DNA of 64,000 bases from Syntrophorhabdales bacterium (GCA_035315185.1 DATFYE010000203.1:26101-90100); one strand, 5' to 3'; numbered from the stretch's first letter, positions 20,209-29,855 are shown. Translations and numbers: made by a program. The notes: generated by a model from the sequence alone, not told the origin.

Positions 20209-21011
20209 TGCGGTTATTGATAGTGACCTTTCTTGTCGTGACAGCTTCTTTCATCGCTTTGGTAAGTCTGGGAGATGCGGCGCAAGGGCCATCCGGGCCC
20301 GAATGTTTGCAGATGGATCCTCCATTCCTCGAAAGGACATTATTCCTTAAAGCCGTCCATACAATGACCATAACCGGGCCACGTCCTGAAGGGTGCGACA
20401 TCATTCTCAAAATTGTTTCTCCGGTCCGCGATTTCAGGCTGAACAAGTCCGGAAAGGGTCTCGGGTTTGTCTGGTTGCCCGTAGGCCATGCCGAGGTTAA
20501 GGAGATTCCCGCGATGTATCAGGTTCTGAGCTCGGCAAAGATTACAGATATCCTTCCCCCTGCCGAACAAGAGGCGACGGGCCTGACCCTGGACTACAAG
20601 GAAGTCTATGAGCAGTGCAAGGTCCATTTTGAAAAGGATATGCCGCACAATGAAATTTCCGCCCTACGCCGGGAATACGTTTCCGGATTAATCAAGATTT
20701 TCAAAGACGCAGGACTTTATCTCAGACAGGAAGGAGCGATCCAGATCAACGGGTCTCAATTCAGCGCACGAAGCGTGCAACCCTCTGACGCCCCTCTCGG
20801 TGAATATAAGGTCTTTTGCTATGCGGTCCAGGACGGCAAGGCCCGTCTCATTTTTCAGGACAAGTTTTTGGTCAAATCAGGAACGCTGGGTCAATGGCTT
20901 GCTTACCACGCCCAGGCGAGCCCGGTGATTTATGGAGTCCTGGCAGCGGTGATCGCAGTGGCAGCTGGACTACTCGTCGGTGTCGTTTTTAGAAAAGGTG
21001 GCTCACATTAG
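20208..21011 (+). CDS. periplasmic protein with C-terminal membrane anchor (architecture resembles TIGR02186/Alph_Pro_TM), TSUP partner
   Basis: Signal peptide, a soluble region of about 220 aa, a single C-terminal TM (VIYGVLAAVIAVAAGLLVGVVF) and a short basic tail. The start overlaps the TSUP stop (TGATG). It is homologous to the N-terminus of the 22239 protein. Confidence 0.6.
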   Translation: MRLLIVTFLVVTASFIALVSLGDAAQGPSGPECLQMDPPFLERTLFLKAVHTMTITGPRPEGCDIILKIVSPVRDFRLNKSGKGLGFVWLPVGHAEVKEIPAMYQVLSSAKITDILPPAEQEATGLTLDYKEVYEQCKVHFEKDMPHNEISALRREYVSGLIKIFKDAGLYLRQEGAIQINGSQFSARSVQPSDAPLGEYKVFCYAVQDGKARLIFQDKFLVKSGTLGQWLAYHAQASPVIYGVLAAVIAVAAGLLVGVVFRKGGSH

Positions 21012-21145
21012 ACTTTGCTTGGCTATAAGTCTGCTTCATACCCTTTTTCCGCCGCTAACCTGCTTCTTGTAGAAATACCCATGGGTCTTGCTTTCATATG
21101 GTGTCTGGATGAGCGCTGGCAGCTCGCTGACCAGTCCGTAGCCTG

Positions 21146-21296
21146 TTATACCAATTCGCCTTCAAGTGTATACCTTCGTTGTCGCTGCGGCGCTTTCCTC
21201 GACGTACTGCTCAGTACGCCTGCGTCAGCTCCTCGCTGCCGCCCGGGGTACCCGGCCGAAGGCTGGGTCGTCCATCTTGAATGCAGATTGGTATTA
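21146..21296 (+). repeat. MITE-like inverted-repeat element, long form, copy 3
   Basis: Termini are TTATACCAATTCGCCTTC ... GAATGCAGATTGGTATTAG. The internal GTACTGCTCAGTAC and GGGGTACCC palindromes are shared with the copy at 61924-62095. Confidence 0.55.
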
Positions 21297-21312
21297 GATT
21301 GGAGGTAAAGCT

Positions 21313-22230
21313 ATGAATATCTTCCTACCCATCGCACAGATGAGCGTGAGCATCCCGGTAATTTTTGCTGCGGGCGGGGTCGTCGGGCTGCTGTCCGGCC
21401 TCTTCGGCGTCGGCGGTGGGTTTCTGCTCACGCCGCTGCTGATGTTTTTAGGTATATCACCCGCCGTCGCGGCAGCTTCCGACGCGGCGGCTATCGTAGC
21501 AGGATCGACAACCGGTACGCTTGAACATTCACGGGGGCGCACAGTCGACTACAAAATGGGTTTCTGGCTCTTCGTGGGCGGATCCGTCGGTAGCGTCGCC
21601 GGCGTGGAATTGATCCACTGGCTTAACCGCTTCGGGCCTGCCAACAGTGCCATTCGCATCTTGTATTTAGTCATGCTCGGGGTGATCGGTGGCATTATGC
21701 TGGTGGAGTCAATCGGGCAATGGCGGCGCGGTGCGTATATGTCCGAGAGAAGATTCGAGCCGATACGCGCGCGGAGATGGGTCGAGGCCCTGCCGTTCCA
21801 GGTTCGATTTCCAAAGTCGGATATCCAGGTTTCGTTGCTGGTTCCGATTGGCTTCGGCATGCTGGCCGGTGTACTTGCGGCGATGATGGGTGTGGGCGGT
21901 GGCTTTATCATGATCCCGCTGATGCTTTACATATTGCGCATGCGGATACACGTGGCAGCGGGCACAAGTCTTTTTCAGATCCTTTGCACCTGCATGCTGG
22001 TCACCGTGTTGCAAGCCACGAAGAACCATACAGTAGACTTCGTGCTCGCCTTCCTCTTGGCTATAGGCACGACGACCGGCGCAATGATCGGTACCAGACT
22101 CGGGCGTCGATTGCGGGCCGACCAGCTCAAGATTCTAATGGCTCTAATCATCCTCATAGTAGCCTGCCAGATAGGGTGGAATCTTTTCAGCACGCCCGCG
22201 ACCTTCCTTTCGCATGTCGCGGGCGAATGA
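21313..22230 (+). CDS. TSUP (TauE/SafE) family anion permease 2
   Basis: It is a paralogue of 19273-20208, starting MNIFLPIAQMSV where that protein starts MNIYLPIAHMSV. It has GLFGVGGGFLLTPLL and AMMGVGGGFIMIPLM. GC-rich. Confidence 0.8.
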   Translation: MNIFLPIAQMSVSIPVIFAAGGVVGLLSGLFGVGGGFLLTPLLMFLGISPAVAAASDAAAIVAGSTTGTLEHSRGRTVDYKMGFWLFVGGSVGSVAGVELIHWLNRFGPANSAIRILYLVMLGVIGGIMLVESIGQWRRGAYMSERRFEPIRARRWVEALPFQVRFPKSDIQVSLLVPIGFGMLAGVLAAMMGVGGGFIMIPLMLYILRMRIHVAAGTSLFQILCTCMLVTVLQATKNHTVDFVLAFLLAIGTTTGAMIGTRLGRRLRADQLKILMALIILIVACQIGWNLFSTPATFLSHVAGE

Positions 22231-22238
22231 GGTGAGCC

Positions 22239-25200
22239 GTGAATAAGCAAAAAGCTCATGCTCTAAGCGTCGTGAGTATTGCAATCGGGCTGGTGTGGAT
22301 ACTTACCATTCCAGTCGCGCATGCGGCTAGGTTTTCTACAGTCGAGCCCACGCGTATCTCGGCCGGCGTGTTTTATGACGGCGCCACCTTGCACGTTCGG
22401 GGCAGCATCGGTGAGGGATCTCAAGTAGTGGTCCGGATAAAAGGGGCGTCAGAGCATCATGTGTTCAACCGTCGCGGCAAGATCGGCGGGATGGTGTGGG
22501 GCGGCATCGAACATGTCACGTTCCGGAACGCACCGAGCTTTTATGCGGTTTACACCTCGGTGGCCTTAGCGACGACGGCTACCCCGGCCTTGCGCGCAGA
22601 GCTCCAGCTCGGCTATGATCCGCTGGAGGCGAAGATGGAGGTTGAAGGAACAAAGGTCGATAAACACGTGATGATCACCCACTTCGTGCGCTTCAAGGAG
22701 AGCGAAGGTCTGTACCGCATCGCATCCGGAGCGGTGCACCTCGAAGACCCTCAAGGGGGCTCTCGCTCTTTTGATGTAGCGGTACCGTTGCCTGCTAGCA
22801 CGCCCCCCGGTGATCTGGAAGTCGCTGTCTTCGAACTCGCCAATGGCGCAGTGATCCGTGAAGAGACAGCCCGCGTGAGTCTTGAGCGGGTTGGCTTACC
22901 CGCCGATCTCTTTCGCCTGGCGCATGAGAACGGTATCCTCTTTGGGCTGCTCGCACTCTTCGTCACCGTTACAACCGGAGTCGTTGTGGATTTCCTCGGG
23001 CGAGTCGGACGAAGGGGGGCATTGTATAACCGCGGTCCCATGCTGGATGTGGCGGCAGACCTGCATCGGCTGGTTGCGGAAGGCCTGTTTAGCGTTCGCG
23101 TGAGACCGCGCTCCCCCGCGGCAGTGGAGCGCCTTCACGAGAAGTACCGACTCTTCCGTAACCTTCTCACGCTGAACAACGAACTCCTCGAACTCCTTGC
23201 AGAACTGGAGGAAGAATCGTCGTGGTCTTCACTGCGCCACCCGCGGGTGCGCATGGGTATCCGGGCGCTCTTCGACGGCACCGAGGATATGGTCCAGGTA
23301 TTGAACCAGCTCACAGGAAACCGCTATTTTGACCTGAAGAATGTGATCGCGAGCGTGCGTGCCGATGTTCTGGCCTACCTCGAGAAAATGCCAGAACGCG
23401 AGGGGAACTCCCTCATGCTCCAGTTGAGGGAGATCAGCTCGAAGACCGCGGATCAGGTGGGAGGCAAGGCCGTGAACCTGGCACGCGTGGAGTGCGATCT
23501 CGGAATGCGCGTGCCCGAGTCCTTCGTGGTAACCACGGAGGCTTATCGACAGTTGCTGGAGGTTGAAGGGCTCGCAGGCAAGTTGCGCACCGTCCTTGCG
23601 CCTGCGCGCCTCGACGCGCCGGAGGACTTTCGCCGGCGCTGCGAGATGGCACAAGGTTTGGTCCAGGAGGCGTATTTGCCGCCGGCTGTAGAGGAGGCTC
23701 TTCGCGCTGGTTACCGCGCCGCAGGCATCCCAGCGGGAGAGTGCGTCGCGGTGAGATCCAGCGCGGCGGGTGAAGATAGTGAGTTGTCCTTTGCCGGCCA
23801 GTTCGAAACGCTCCTCAACGTGCCTGAATCGGAGGTGCCGGAGGCCTGGAGGCGGGTTGTGGTCAGTCGGTTTTCACCTCGGGCCGTGTTCTATCGGCGG
23901 GCAGCAGGTCTCGCCGAAGTCGACACGCCCATGGCTGCGCTCATTCAGCGTATGGTGCGCGCCACGACCTCCGGTGTAATGTTCACACGTCGGCCTGAGC
24001 ACCCGAAGGTACCCGAGCTTCTCATCACCGCTGTCCGCGGGCTTGGCCTCGAAGTATCTGCCGGCATTGCGAGCGCCGACGAATTCGTAGTATCGCGTAC
24101 TCAGCCATCGCGGATCCTGGAGCGACGCATCGCCCTGAAGCCGGATCGCCTGGTAAGCGGGGAAGCCGGCGGCGTCACCAGAGTGGAGGAAGCAGCTGAG
24201 GAACAGGATAGTGCGGCGATCACCGACGAGGAGGTTATTCGGATCGCCGACGCGGGTCTCAGTCTCGATCGCTACTTTCGCAGTCCCCAAGACGTTGAAT
24301 GGGCTATCGACAGCGAGGGCGTACTCTTTATCATGCAGTCCCGGCCGATCAGGACCGACCGGACAAAGACCGCACCTGGAGACACACCCCGCAACGCCGT
24401 GCTCCTTTTGCACGGTGGGGAGCCTGTCTGGGCTGGACGGGCCGTCGGCCCGGTCCACGTGGCGAGGAGCCCGGAAGAGGAGGACCGCACTCCGACCGGT
24501 GCCCTCCTTGTGGTTCCCCAGCTCCTGCCTGATTGCGTGCGTCTTCTTCCGCGGGTGTGCGGTATCGTGGTGGAGCGCGGAACCGTCACCGGCCACGCTG
24601 CGTCGATCTTGCGGGAGTTTCGGGTGCCGAGCCTCTTCGGCGTGACAGGCGCGCTTGATAAGCTGGTCTCCGGCCAGGTAGTGAGTCTCGACGTGGCTGC
24701 TCGCAGTCTGTTTGAGGGCGTTCTTTGGCCCGAGCTGCGCCAGCGTCTTGCTGTCAGGTTGCAGGGCCGCCGGACTACAGGATTGCCGGAGGTCCTGGCG
24801 GGAAAGCTCACGAAGCTGAGTGGGAGCGGTTTTATGGGTACCTGGGCGTGTCAGTCCCTGCATGATGTCATCCGGTTCGCCCATGAGATGGCCATCCAAT
24901 CGATGTTCGACATCGGTGACCGGCTTCTGGATTCGCCGGTTGGGGGCGTCAAGCGGCTTGATTCCCCTTCGAAGGCGTACATGCACATCGTCGATCTCGG
25001 GGGAGGGCTGCGGCCCGAGGCATTGTCGAACCAAAGCGTGAAGCCGGAGGATGTTGTATCGATTCCGTTCCAAGGACTCTGGCGCGGCTTGAGCGACCCG
25101 CGGTTCGAACGCAGCTCGGACGTCCCGGCCCAATCGATTCGGTCCGCCATCGGGACTGGCCTGGCAAGCGCAGGCCCGCGGGAGGGAAGCCCTAACTACG

Positions 25201-25616
25201 CCTGCATCACGGAGAGCTACCTTAACCTCAATTCACGGCAGGTCCACCACTTCGCGATCGTCGACGCGTTCCTTTCTGACAACCAAAATAACAACCACAT
25301 CAGTCTTCGCATGAAAGGCGGCGGCGGTGCCCCTTGGCAACGCAACCTTCGGGCAGAGTTTGTCGCAGAGGTCCTACGTTTGCACCATTTTACCGTCGAC
25401 GTCGCAGGCGATCTCGTGAATGGCTGGACCCGAGGACTCGACCTTTCCATGGGCGCTGACAAGCTGACAATGATCGGGCACTTGCTCAGCTTTTCAGCGC
25501 TGCTCGATCTCTGGATAACGGGCGAAGCCCAGATGAAACGATACGTTGCGGAATTCGTGGAAGCGGAGGCTCGCCGCTCAGCAGATGATTCTCAAGCCGA
25601 TCCAAAGGGGGTATGA
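22239..25616 (+). CDS. fusion protein: periplasmic/anchor TSUP-partner domain + dikinase core (ATP-grasp + swivel His) + family C-terminal domain (P1)
   Basis: 1125 aa with a GTG start after GAGGTGAG. Residues 1-250 are homologous to the 20208 protein (NRRGKIGGMVW vs NKSGKGLGFVW; PSFYAVYTS vs PAMYQVLSS). A TM helix follows. The remainder carries VGGKAVNL, VRSSAAGEDSELSFAGQ, DVEWAID, TVTGHAASILREF and the C-terminal NY.CI.ESYLNLNSR.VHHF..VDA block. Confidence 0.8.
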   Translation: MNKQKAHALSVVSIAIGLVWILTIPVAHAARFSTVEPTRISAGVFYDGATLHVRGSIGEGSQVVVRIKGASEHHVFNRRGKIGGMVWGGIEHVTFRNAPSFYAVYTSVALATTATPALRAELQLGYDPLEAKMEVEGTKVDKHVMITHFVRFKESEGLYRIASGAVHLEDPQGGSRSFDVAVPLPASTPPGDLEVAVFELANGAVIREETARVSLERVGLPADLFRLAHENGILFGLLALFVTVTTGVVVDFLGRVGRRGALYNRGPMLDVAADLHRLVAEGLFSVRVRPRSPAAVERLHEKYRLFRNLLTLNNELLELLAELEEESSWSSLRHPRVRMGIRALFDGTEDMVQVLNQLTGNRYFDLKNVIASVRADVLAYLEKMPEREGNSLMLQLREISSKTADQVGGKAVNLARVECDLGMRVPESFVVTTEAYRQLLEVEGLAGKLRTVLAPARLDAPEDFRRRCEMAQGLVQEAYLPPAVEEALRAGYRAAGIPAGECVAVRSSAAGEDSELSFAGQFETLLNVPESEVPEAWRRVVVSRFSPRAVFYRRAAGLAEVDTPMAALIQRMVRATTSGVMFTRRPEHPKVPELLITAVRGLGLEVSAGIASADEFVVSRTQPSRILERRIALKPDRLVSGEAGGVTRVEEAAEEQDSAAITDEEVIRIADAGLSLDRYFRSPQDVEWAIDSEGVLFIMQSRPIRTDRTKTAPGDTPRNAVLLLHGGEPVWAGRAVGPVHVARSPEEEDRTPTGALLVVPQLLPDCVRLLPRVCGIVVERGTVTGHAASILREFRVPSLFGVTGALDKLVSGQVVSLDVAARSLFEGVLWPELRQRLAVRLQGRRTTGLPEVLAGKLTKLSGSGFMGTWACQSLHDVIRFAHEMAIQSMFDIGDRLLDSPVGGVKRLDSPSKAYMHIVDLGGGLRPEALSNQSVKPEDVVSIPFQGLWRGLSDPRFERSSDVPAQSIRSAIGTGLASAGPREGSPNYACITESYLNLNSRQVHHFAIVDAFLSDNQNNNHISLRMKGGGGAPWQRNLRAEFVAEVLRLHHFTVDVAGDLVNGWTRGLDLSMGADKLTMIGHLLSFSALLDLWITGEAQMKRYVAEFVEAEARRSADDSQADPKGV

Positions 25617-25624
25617 GAGACGGC

Positions 25625-25700
25625 TTATACCAAGTTGCCTTCGTTCATATAGCTTCGTTGCCTGCGCCTCGCTCTATTTTTGAATGCAACTTGGTAATAC
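25625..25700 (+). repeat. MITE-like inverted-repeat element, short form, copy 1
   Basis: TTATACCAAGTTGCCTTCGTTCATA ... GCGCCTCGCTCTATTTTTGAATGCAACTTGGTAATAC. Both ends are near-identical to the reverse complement of the ends of 61924-62095. Confidence 0.55.
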
Positions 25701-25713
25701 AATTGTCACTCAT

Positions 25714-28305
25714 TCAGTGTGTGACTGTTTTCTTGAAAGTGTAATTCCCCTGCATGAAGGCTTTGATGTACCAATCAACTACATTGTCACTGTACATCGC
25801 CATATCGAGCTGGCGCGCGCAACACATGAGCCTGCCCAGGTAATCGAGCTTCTGTTCTATAGCCCGGCACTCGTATTTCCCTAATCGGGCCCGCAACCAG
25901 TCTCCTTTCACCTCTACATCAAAGTCCAGGTTCTTTAAAACCCCCGCAATGAAGCGGACCCTGCGGGATCTCCTTTCCGAGCTGGAGCCTCCTCCCATAA
26001 ACTGAAATGAAATATAGTTATTATTCACCTCGGGCGAGCAGTAGGCATCGACTGTGCTGAAATGATAGGCCAGACGCGAACTGAAGTTCATATATTCCTT
26101 GGAGATGATGGCGTAACTCTTTTCACCCAATGGAGTGCCCGTGCGGGCGGAATCGGAGAGTGTATTCAACATAACGGAGGCAAAGCCTTTGAGGTCAACC
26201 TCTACCATCCCAGTCCAGCAGATCTTCGGATGGGTTATTCCTCTCCACAGGGCCTGCATCGGTCTCGAAACGATCTCTTCCGGTGGTACAGAACCCCCGG
26301 CCTTGTCCGGGACAGATAAGCCCCCGCCCAGATCGATGATGTACAGATTGATAGGGATGTCGGAAACAACCTGCTTGGCCTGTTTGTCAGAAGACGTTTT
26401 CCAGTCGTGTAGATGGAACATCTCCTGGATGGCGACTTCATGCATGAAGCGGGTCAGGTCATGAAAGGTCTGGCAGTTTTCAGGTTTGAAAGAGCCTCCT
26501 TTCGTGTCCCATAAATTGAGAGATGCGGTACGCGAGAGGAGCTCCTCCACTTTTCTCACGAGGGGGGTCTCCCCACGGATTTCCACTTCTCTTCTCTTAT
26601 GGCCCCGGACCAACTCCTGCACCAATCCGTCGTAGACCTTGTTGTGGTAGGCATCTACTGTGATCATCTGGCCGTGTCGCAGCAGTTTGGTGGCATCCTT
26701 AGCATCGACGATAGTAGGGACTTGAGATTCTCTCGCGAGAGAAGCCATATGGCCGGCCACGTTACCTACCTCAGTGATGATTGCCGAGGCTTCATCCATG
26801 ACGGTGGCATATTTCGGATGGGTACTCTTAACGACCAGAACAGCCCCATGTGGAAACGGGTGCAAATCCCGGTCTTCAAGCACCATGTGGACTGGACCAG
26901 CCCCAACGCCCGGTGCAGCCGCGAGACCCCAATTGATGAGGACTCTATCTGTATAAGGATCGTGCTCGACGTCTTCCTCTTTCGTCTCCGTCGACCCCGA
27001 AGAAATTTTTAGATTGCGCGTTTGCAATATATAAATCTTCCCTTCTGAATCTATTGCCCATTCGATATCACGAGGGCTCTGATAATACTCCTCCAAGAGC
27101 ATGGCGTAGCGAAAGAGTTTTTTAATCTCGTCTTCATTGAGGCACGGCTGCTGCTGAAGTTCGTCGGGAACCGGCACTTCGGTTACGCCCCCCGAGTCCC
27201 TGCAAACGAGCATTGTCCTTTGTTCAGGGATCCTTTTTTCCAAAAGAAGGCCGTTTTCTTTGGAGACTACATAAACGTTCGGGCTGGCCCGCTCCGCAAC
27301 GAGTTCCCCCAAACCCCATATGGCGCTGATGATCACCACGTTTGGGTCGCTATGGCTGGGGTCCCGGGAGAATATCACTCCGCTGGTTCTAGCACAGATC
27401 ATGGCTTGGCAACCCACAGCCATAGGGATGTCTTCTTCGTTGAATCCTTTTTCTTTCCAATAGAAGATGGCTTCAGGCGTGAATTTGCTGGCGACAACTT
27501 CTTTGTAAGCGGAGAGGAGGCGATCGGGACGGACGTTCAACACGGTGGCGTATTGTCCTGCGAAGCTGACATCGCCGTCTTCCTTGATTGCACTGCTACG
27601 GACCGAGACAGAAATTTCTCCTTGCCCGCCTGTCCTCACGGCCGTGGATAGTCGATTGTATGCTTGGAAGATGGCTTCTTCCAATTCGAGCGGAATAGAT
27701 GCATCGTGAATGGCTTCCCGAACCTCGTGGCTGATTCGATCCAAGGCTTGCTGGTCACGAATGTCAAGGGCAGCTAATCGCTTCTTGATCTCTTTTCCGA
27801 AAACCATTTTTTCGACAAAGATTTTGTAAGCGTACGCGGAGACCGCAAACCCTTCCGGAATGGGAAGCCCGACATGGTTTCGCATTTCTCCCAGATTAGC
27901 GCTTTTGCCCCCCACTGTTTCGCCCATCTCCCTGGTAACCTCTTCCAGCGGGATAGTCAGGGGGGAGAGAGCGATCTCTCTGACACCGAAAACCTTTTCT
28001 TCAATCCCGTGGTCTATCTTTTCAAACACCTCATACAGCAAACCGTACCGATCTGGAACCATGCTGTTCAGCGCGTCGATCATCTGCAGGACCTTTTCCC
28101 GTACTTGATTGTAACTGTCCCGTATGTACCGACGGTCGAAGTGATAATCTCCCTGGGCATACTTCCCTTCCATATCACCCATGACCTCTAGGGCGGCGTT
28201 ATTCGCCTCGAGGAGGGCCTGAAACGATTGAAAGCGTTCTTTTAGACTCGGGAGTTTCTGCTTTTTAAAATATTTTTGGAGATTCAATAATCCAAAAAGG
28301 GCCAC
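25714..28305 (-). CDS. dikinase-core protein with family-specific C-terminal domain (P2)
   Basis: 863 aa with a GTG start after AAGGAG. Motifs present: VGGKSANLGEM, PEGFAVSAYAY, VRSSAIKEDGDVSFAGQ, DIEWAIDSEGKIYILQTR, NVAGHMASLARE, and C-terminal DLGGG, ALWRG, NFSSRLAYHFSTVDA, NYISFQFMGGG, RQLDM. Confidence 0.8.
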   Translation of the reverse strand: MALFGLLNLQKYFKKQKLPSLKERFQSFQALLEANNAALEVMGDMEGKYAQGDYHFDRRYIRDSYNQVREKVLQMIDALNSMVPDRYGLLYEVFEKIDHGIEEKVFGVREIALSPLTIPLEEVTREMGETVGGKSANLGEMRNHVGLPIPEGFAVSAYAYKIFVEKMVFGKEIKKRLAALDIRDQQALDRISHEVREAIHDASIPLELEEAIFQAYNRLSTAVRTGGQGEISVSVRSSAIKEDGDVSFAGQYATVLNVRPDRLLSAYKEVVASKFTPEAIFYWKEKGFNEEDIPMAVGCQAMICARTSGVIFSRDPSHSDPNVVIISAIWGLGELVAERASPNVYVVSKENGLLLEKRIPEQRTMLVCRDSGGVTEVPVPDELQQQPCLNEDEIKKLFRYAMLLEEYYQSPRDIEWAIDSEGKIYILQTRNLKISSGSTETKEEDVEHDPYTDRVLINWGLAAAPGVGAGPVHMVLEDRDLHPFPHGAVLVVKSTHPKYATVMDEASAIITEVGNVAGHMASLARESQVPTIVDAKDATKLLRHGQMITVDAYHNKVYDGLVQELVRGHKRREVEIRGETPLVRKVEELLSRTASLNLWDTKGGSFKPENCQTFHDLTRFMHEVAIQEMFHLHDWKTSSDKQAKQVVSDIPINLYIIDLGGGLSVPDKAGGSVPPEEIVSRPMQALWRGITHPKICWTGMVEVDLKGFASVMLNTLSDSARTGTPLGEKSYAIISKEYMNFSSRLAYHFSTVDAYCSPEVNNNYISFQFMGGGSSSERRSRRVRFIAGVLKNLDFDVEVKGDWLRARLGKYECRAIEQKLDYLGRLMCCARQLDMAMYSDNVVDWYIKAFMQGNYTFKKTVTH

Positions 28306-28429
28306 GCAAAGAACTCCTTGAAATCTTTGCTAGATAAGCAACTAAAGACTATTTTTCTCTCCCTGCCTGTGCGTGACAGTAGACTCCCCCGTAAACCAGC
28401 CGGTTTGAGTAGAGGAAAATTTGTAATCT

Positions 28430-28458
28430 ATTATCTCAGAGAGGGCACTGGGGGTCAA
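28430..28458 (-). promoter_or_regulatory. possible sigma70 promoter for P2
   Basis: On the minus strand: TTGACC, 17-nt spacer, GATAAT. It lies about 125 nt upstream of the GTG at 28305. Confidence 0.3.
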
Positions 28459-28580
28459 GGCAAAGGGCTAACTTTCCACCTGTGCGTCGAACGATCGGTC
28501 AGCTCGGGAGAGCGAGGGTTATAGTTGCTGACAGGTTCTTTTTTGCAGTATGCTGTGTGAAATTCACCCAGGAAGGCCTC

Positions 28581-28766
28581 ATGCGGTTTCTTGCCTATTT
28601 GAACCAGTTAGTCCGTGGCTCAGTCTCCATCGATGGGAGGTTTCATCCCCACCCAATGTATATCTTTATGAATCTTGTTGTCCCGGTCATTTTGGGGGTG
28701 CTTCTGGCAGGGGGTATCAAGATCGTGCATTGGATACTCGCTCCTCATGAAAAGAGAAACAACTGA
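28581..28766 (+). CDS. small hydrophobic protein (hypothetical)
   Basis: 61 aa from the internal ATG after AGGAAGG, with one predicted TM (LVVPVILGVLLAGGIKIV). It ends 2 nt before the next gene. No similarity recognised. Confidence 0.3.
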   Translation: MRFLAYLNQLVRGSVSIDGRFHPHPMYIFMNLVVPVILGVLLAGGIKIVHWILAPHEKRNN

Positions 28767-28768
28767 AC

Positions 28769-29743
28769 ATGGATAGCACGTCTCTTTTCCCGATCGTACA
28801 GTACTGGGCTCACGTGCAGGGCATGATAACGCATGTGACCTTGACCGGAGTAATCTTCCTGGGACTCTTCATCGGTCTCCTGGCGGGGTTCTTCGGGATC
28901 GGCGGGCAGCTTTTCATGACGCCTCTTCTCAATATCCTGTTCAACATCCCTTACAATGTGGTGGTGGGCTCTGAACTCTGCCAGATGTTGGGCCATTCTT
29001 CGATGAACGCTTTGAAATACAGACTCTCGCGTAATGTGGATTATAAGCTCGCTTTTCTCCTGGCGATCGGGGGCGCTGCCGGCGTAGAAGGCGGAGCGAG
29101 ACTACTCGAACTATTGAAATTTGCTAAAGCGGCAACATTTCTGGGCAGGCCCCTTGATCTGATGTTTGTGATAATCAGCCTCTTGAATGCAGCTCTTCTC
29201 CTCTGGATTGGTACTACGATTTACAGGGAGACAAGGGTGGCGCACCGGCGGTCCGGAGTGGGAACCATTGCCACCGTTCAGATGGATGTCACGTCCAGGC
29301 TGCAAACGATTTGTATTCGGCCAATGATATCCCTGCCTGTTTCGGGGATTGAGAATGTTTCTCTCTGGATCGTTTTGGGCGTCGGGTTTTCAGTCGGCCT
29401 GCTCGTTGGTTTTCTCGGTGTCGGGGGCAGCTTTATCGGCCTGCCGGCTCTAGTTTACATTCTCGGCTGCCCCATGGGAGTGGCGATCAGCACAGACCTT
29501 TTCCAAAGTCTCTTTGTGACGGGATACGGTGCCTATACTCACTCCTTTAAAGGGAATATCGACCTCACCCTAGCCATTGTTCTTCTCACCTGTACCACGC
29601 TCGGAACACAGGTGAGTCTTCCTTTGGCCAGGAGATACAGCGGATCGAAGGTGCGCCAGGCATTCGCTTTTCTAGCCTACCTGGTGGTGCTTCTACTGAT
29701 CATTAAGTTCTGCAGTCTTATTGGAATGATCAGGGTTTTATGA
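28769..29743 (+). CDS. TSUP (TauE/SafE) family anion permease 3
   Basis: 324 aa and polytopic. It has GFFGIGGQLFMTPLL and GFLGVGGSFIGLPAL plus STDLFQS. Confidence 0.75.
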   Translation: MDSTSLFPIVQYWAHVQGMITHVTLTGVIFLGLFIGLLAGFFGIGGQLFMTPLLNILFNIPYNVVVGSELCQMLGHSSMNALKYRLSRNVDYKLAFLLAIGGAAGVEGGARLLELLKFAKAATFLGRPLDLMFVIISLLNAALLLWIGTTIYRETRVAHRRSGVGTIATVQMDVTSRLQTICIRPMISLPVSGIENVSLWIVLGVGFSVGLLVGFLGVGGSFIGLPALVYILGCPMGVAISTDLFQSLFVTGYGAYTHSFKGNIDLTLAIVLLTCTTLGTQVSLPLARRYSGSKVRQAFAFLAYLVVLLLIIKFCSLIGMIRVL

Positions 29744-29792
29744 TTCTAAAATTCTCACACATCGAATCGTTATACTGCTATTATTGAAATAA

Positions 29793-29855
29793 AACTTATT
29801 GATACTATAACAATTAATGATTTGACTTGGTGTGGCCGGCCAATATAATTTCGGC
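29793..29855 (+). promoter_or_regulatory. conserved promoter/operator block, copy B
   Basis: AACTTATTGATACTATAACAATTAATGATTTGACT, then 16 nt, then TATAAT. Confidence 0.5.

Noticed and set aside
21015-21308. 97-aa ORF on the plus strand between the anchor protein gene and TSUP permease 2.
   Set aside because: It is largely composed of the MITE-like repeat sequence, with no ribosome-binding site.
23874-25133. 419-aa ORF on the minus strand, plus several 70-180 aa ORFs in the same area.
   Set aside because: It is antisense to the GC-rich fusion gene, whose frame carries all the conserved dikinase motifs. The reverse-frame product has no motifs and a skewed Arg/Pro composition.
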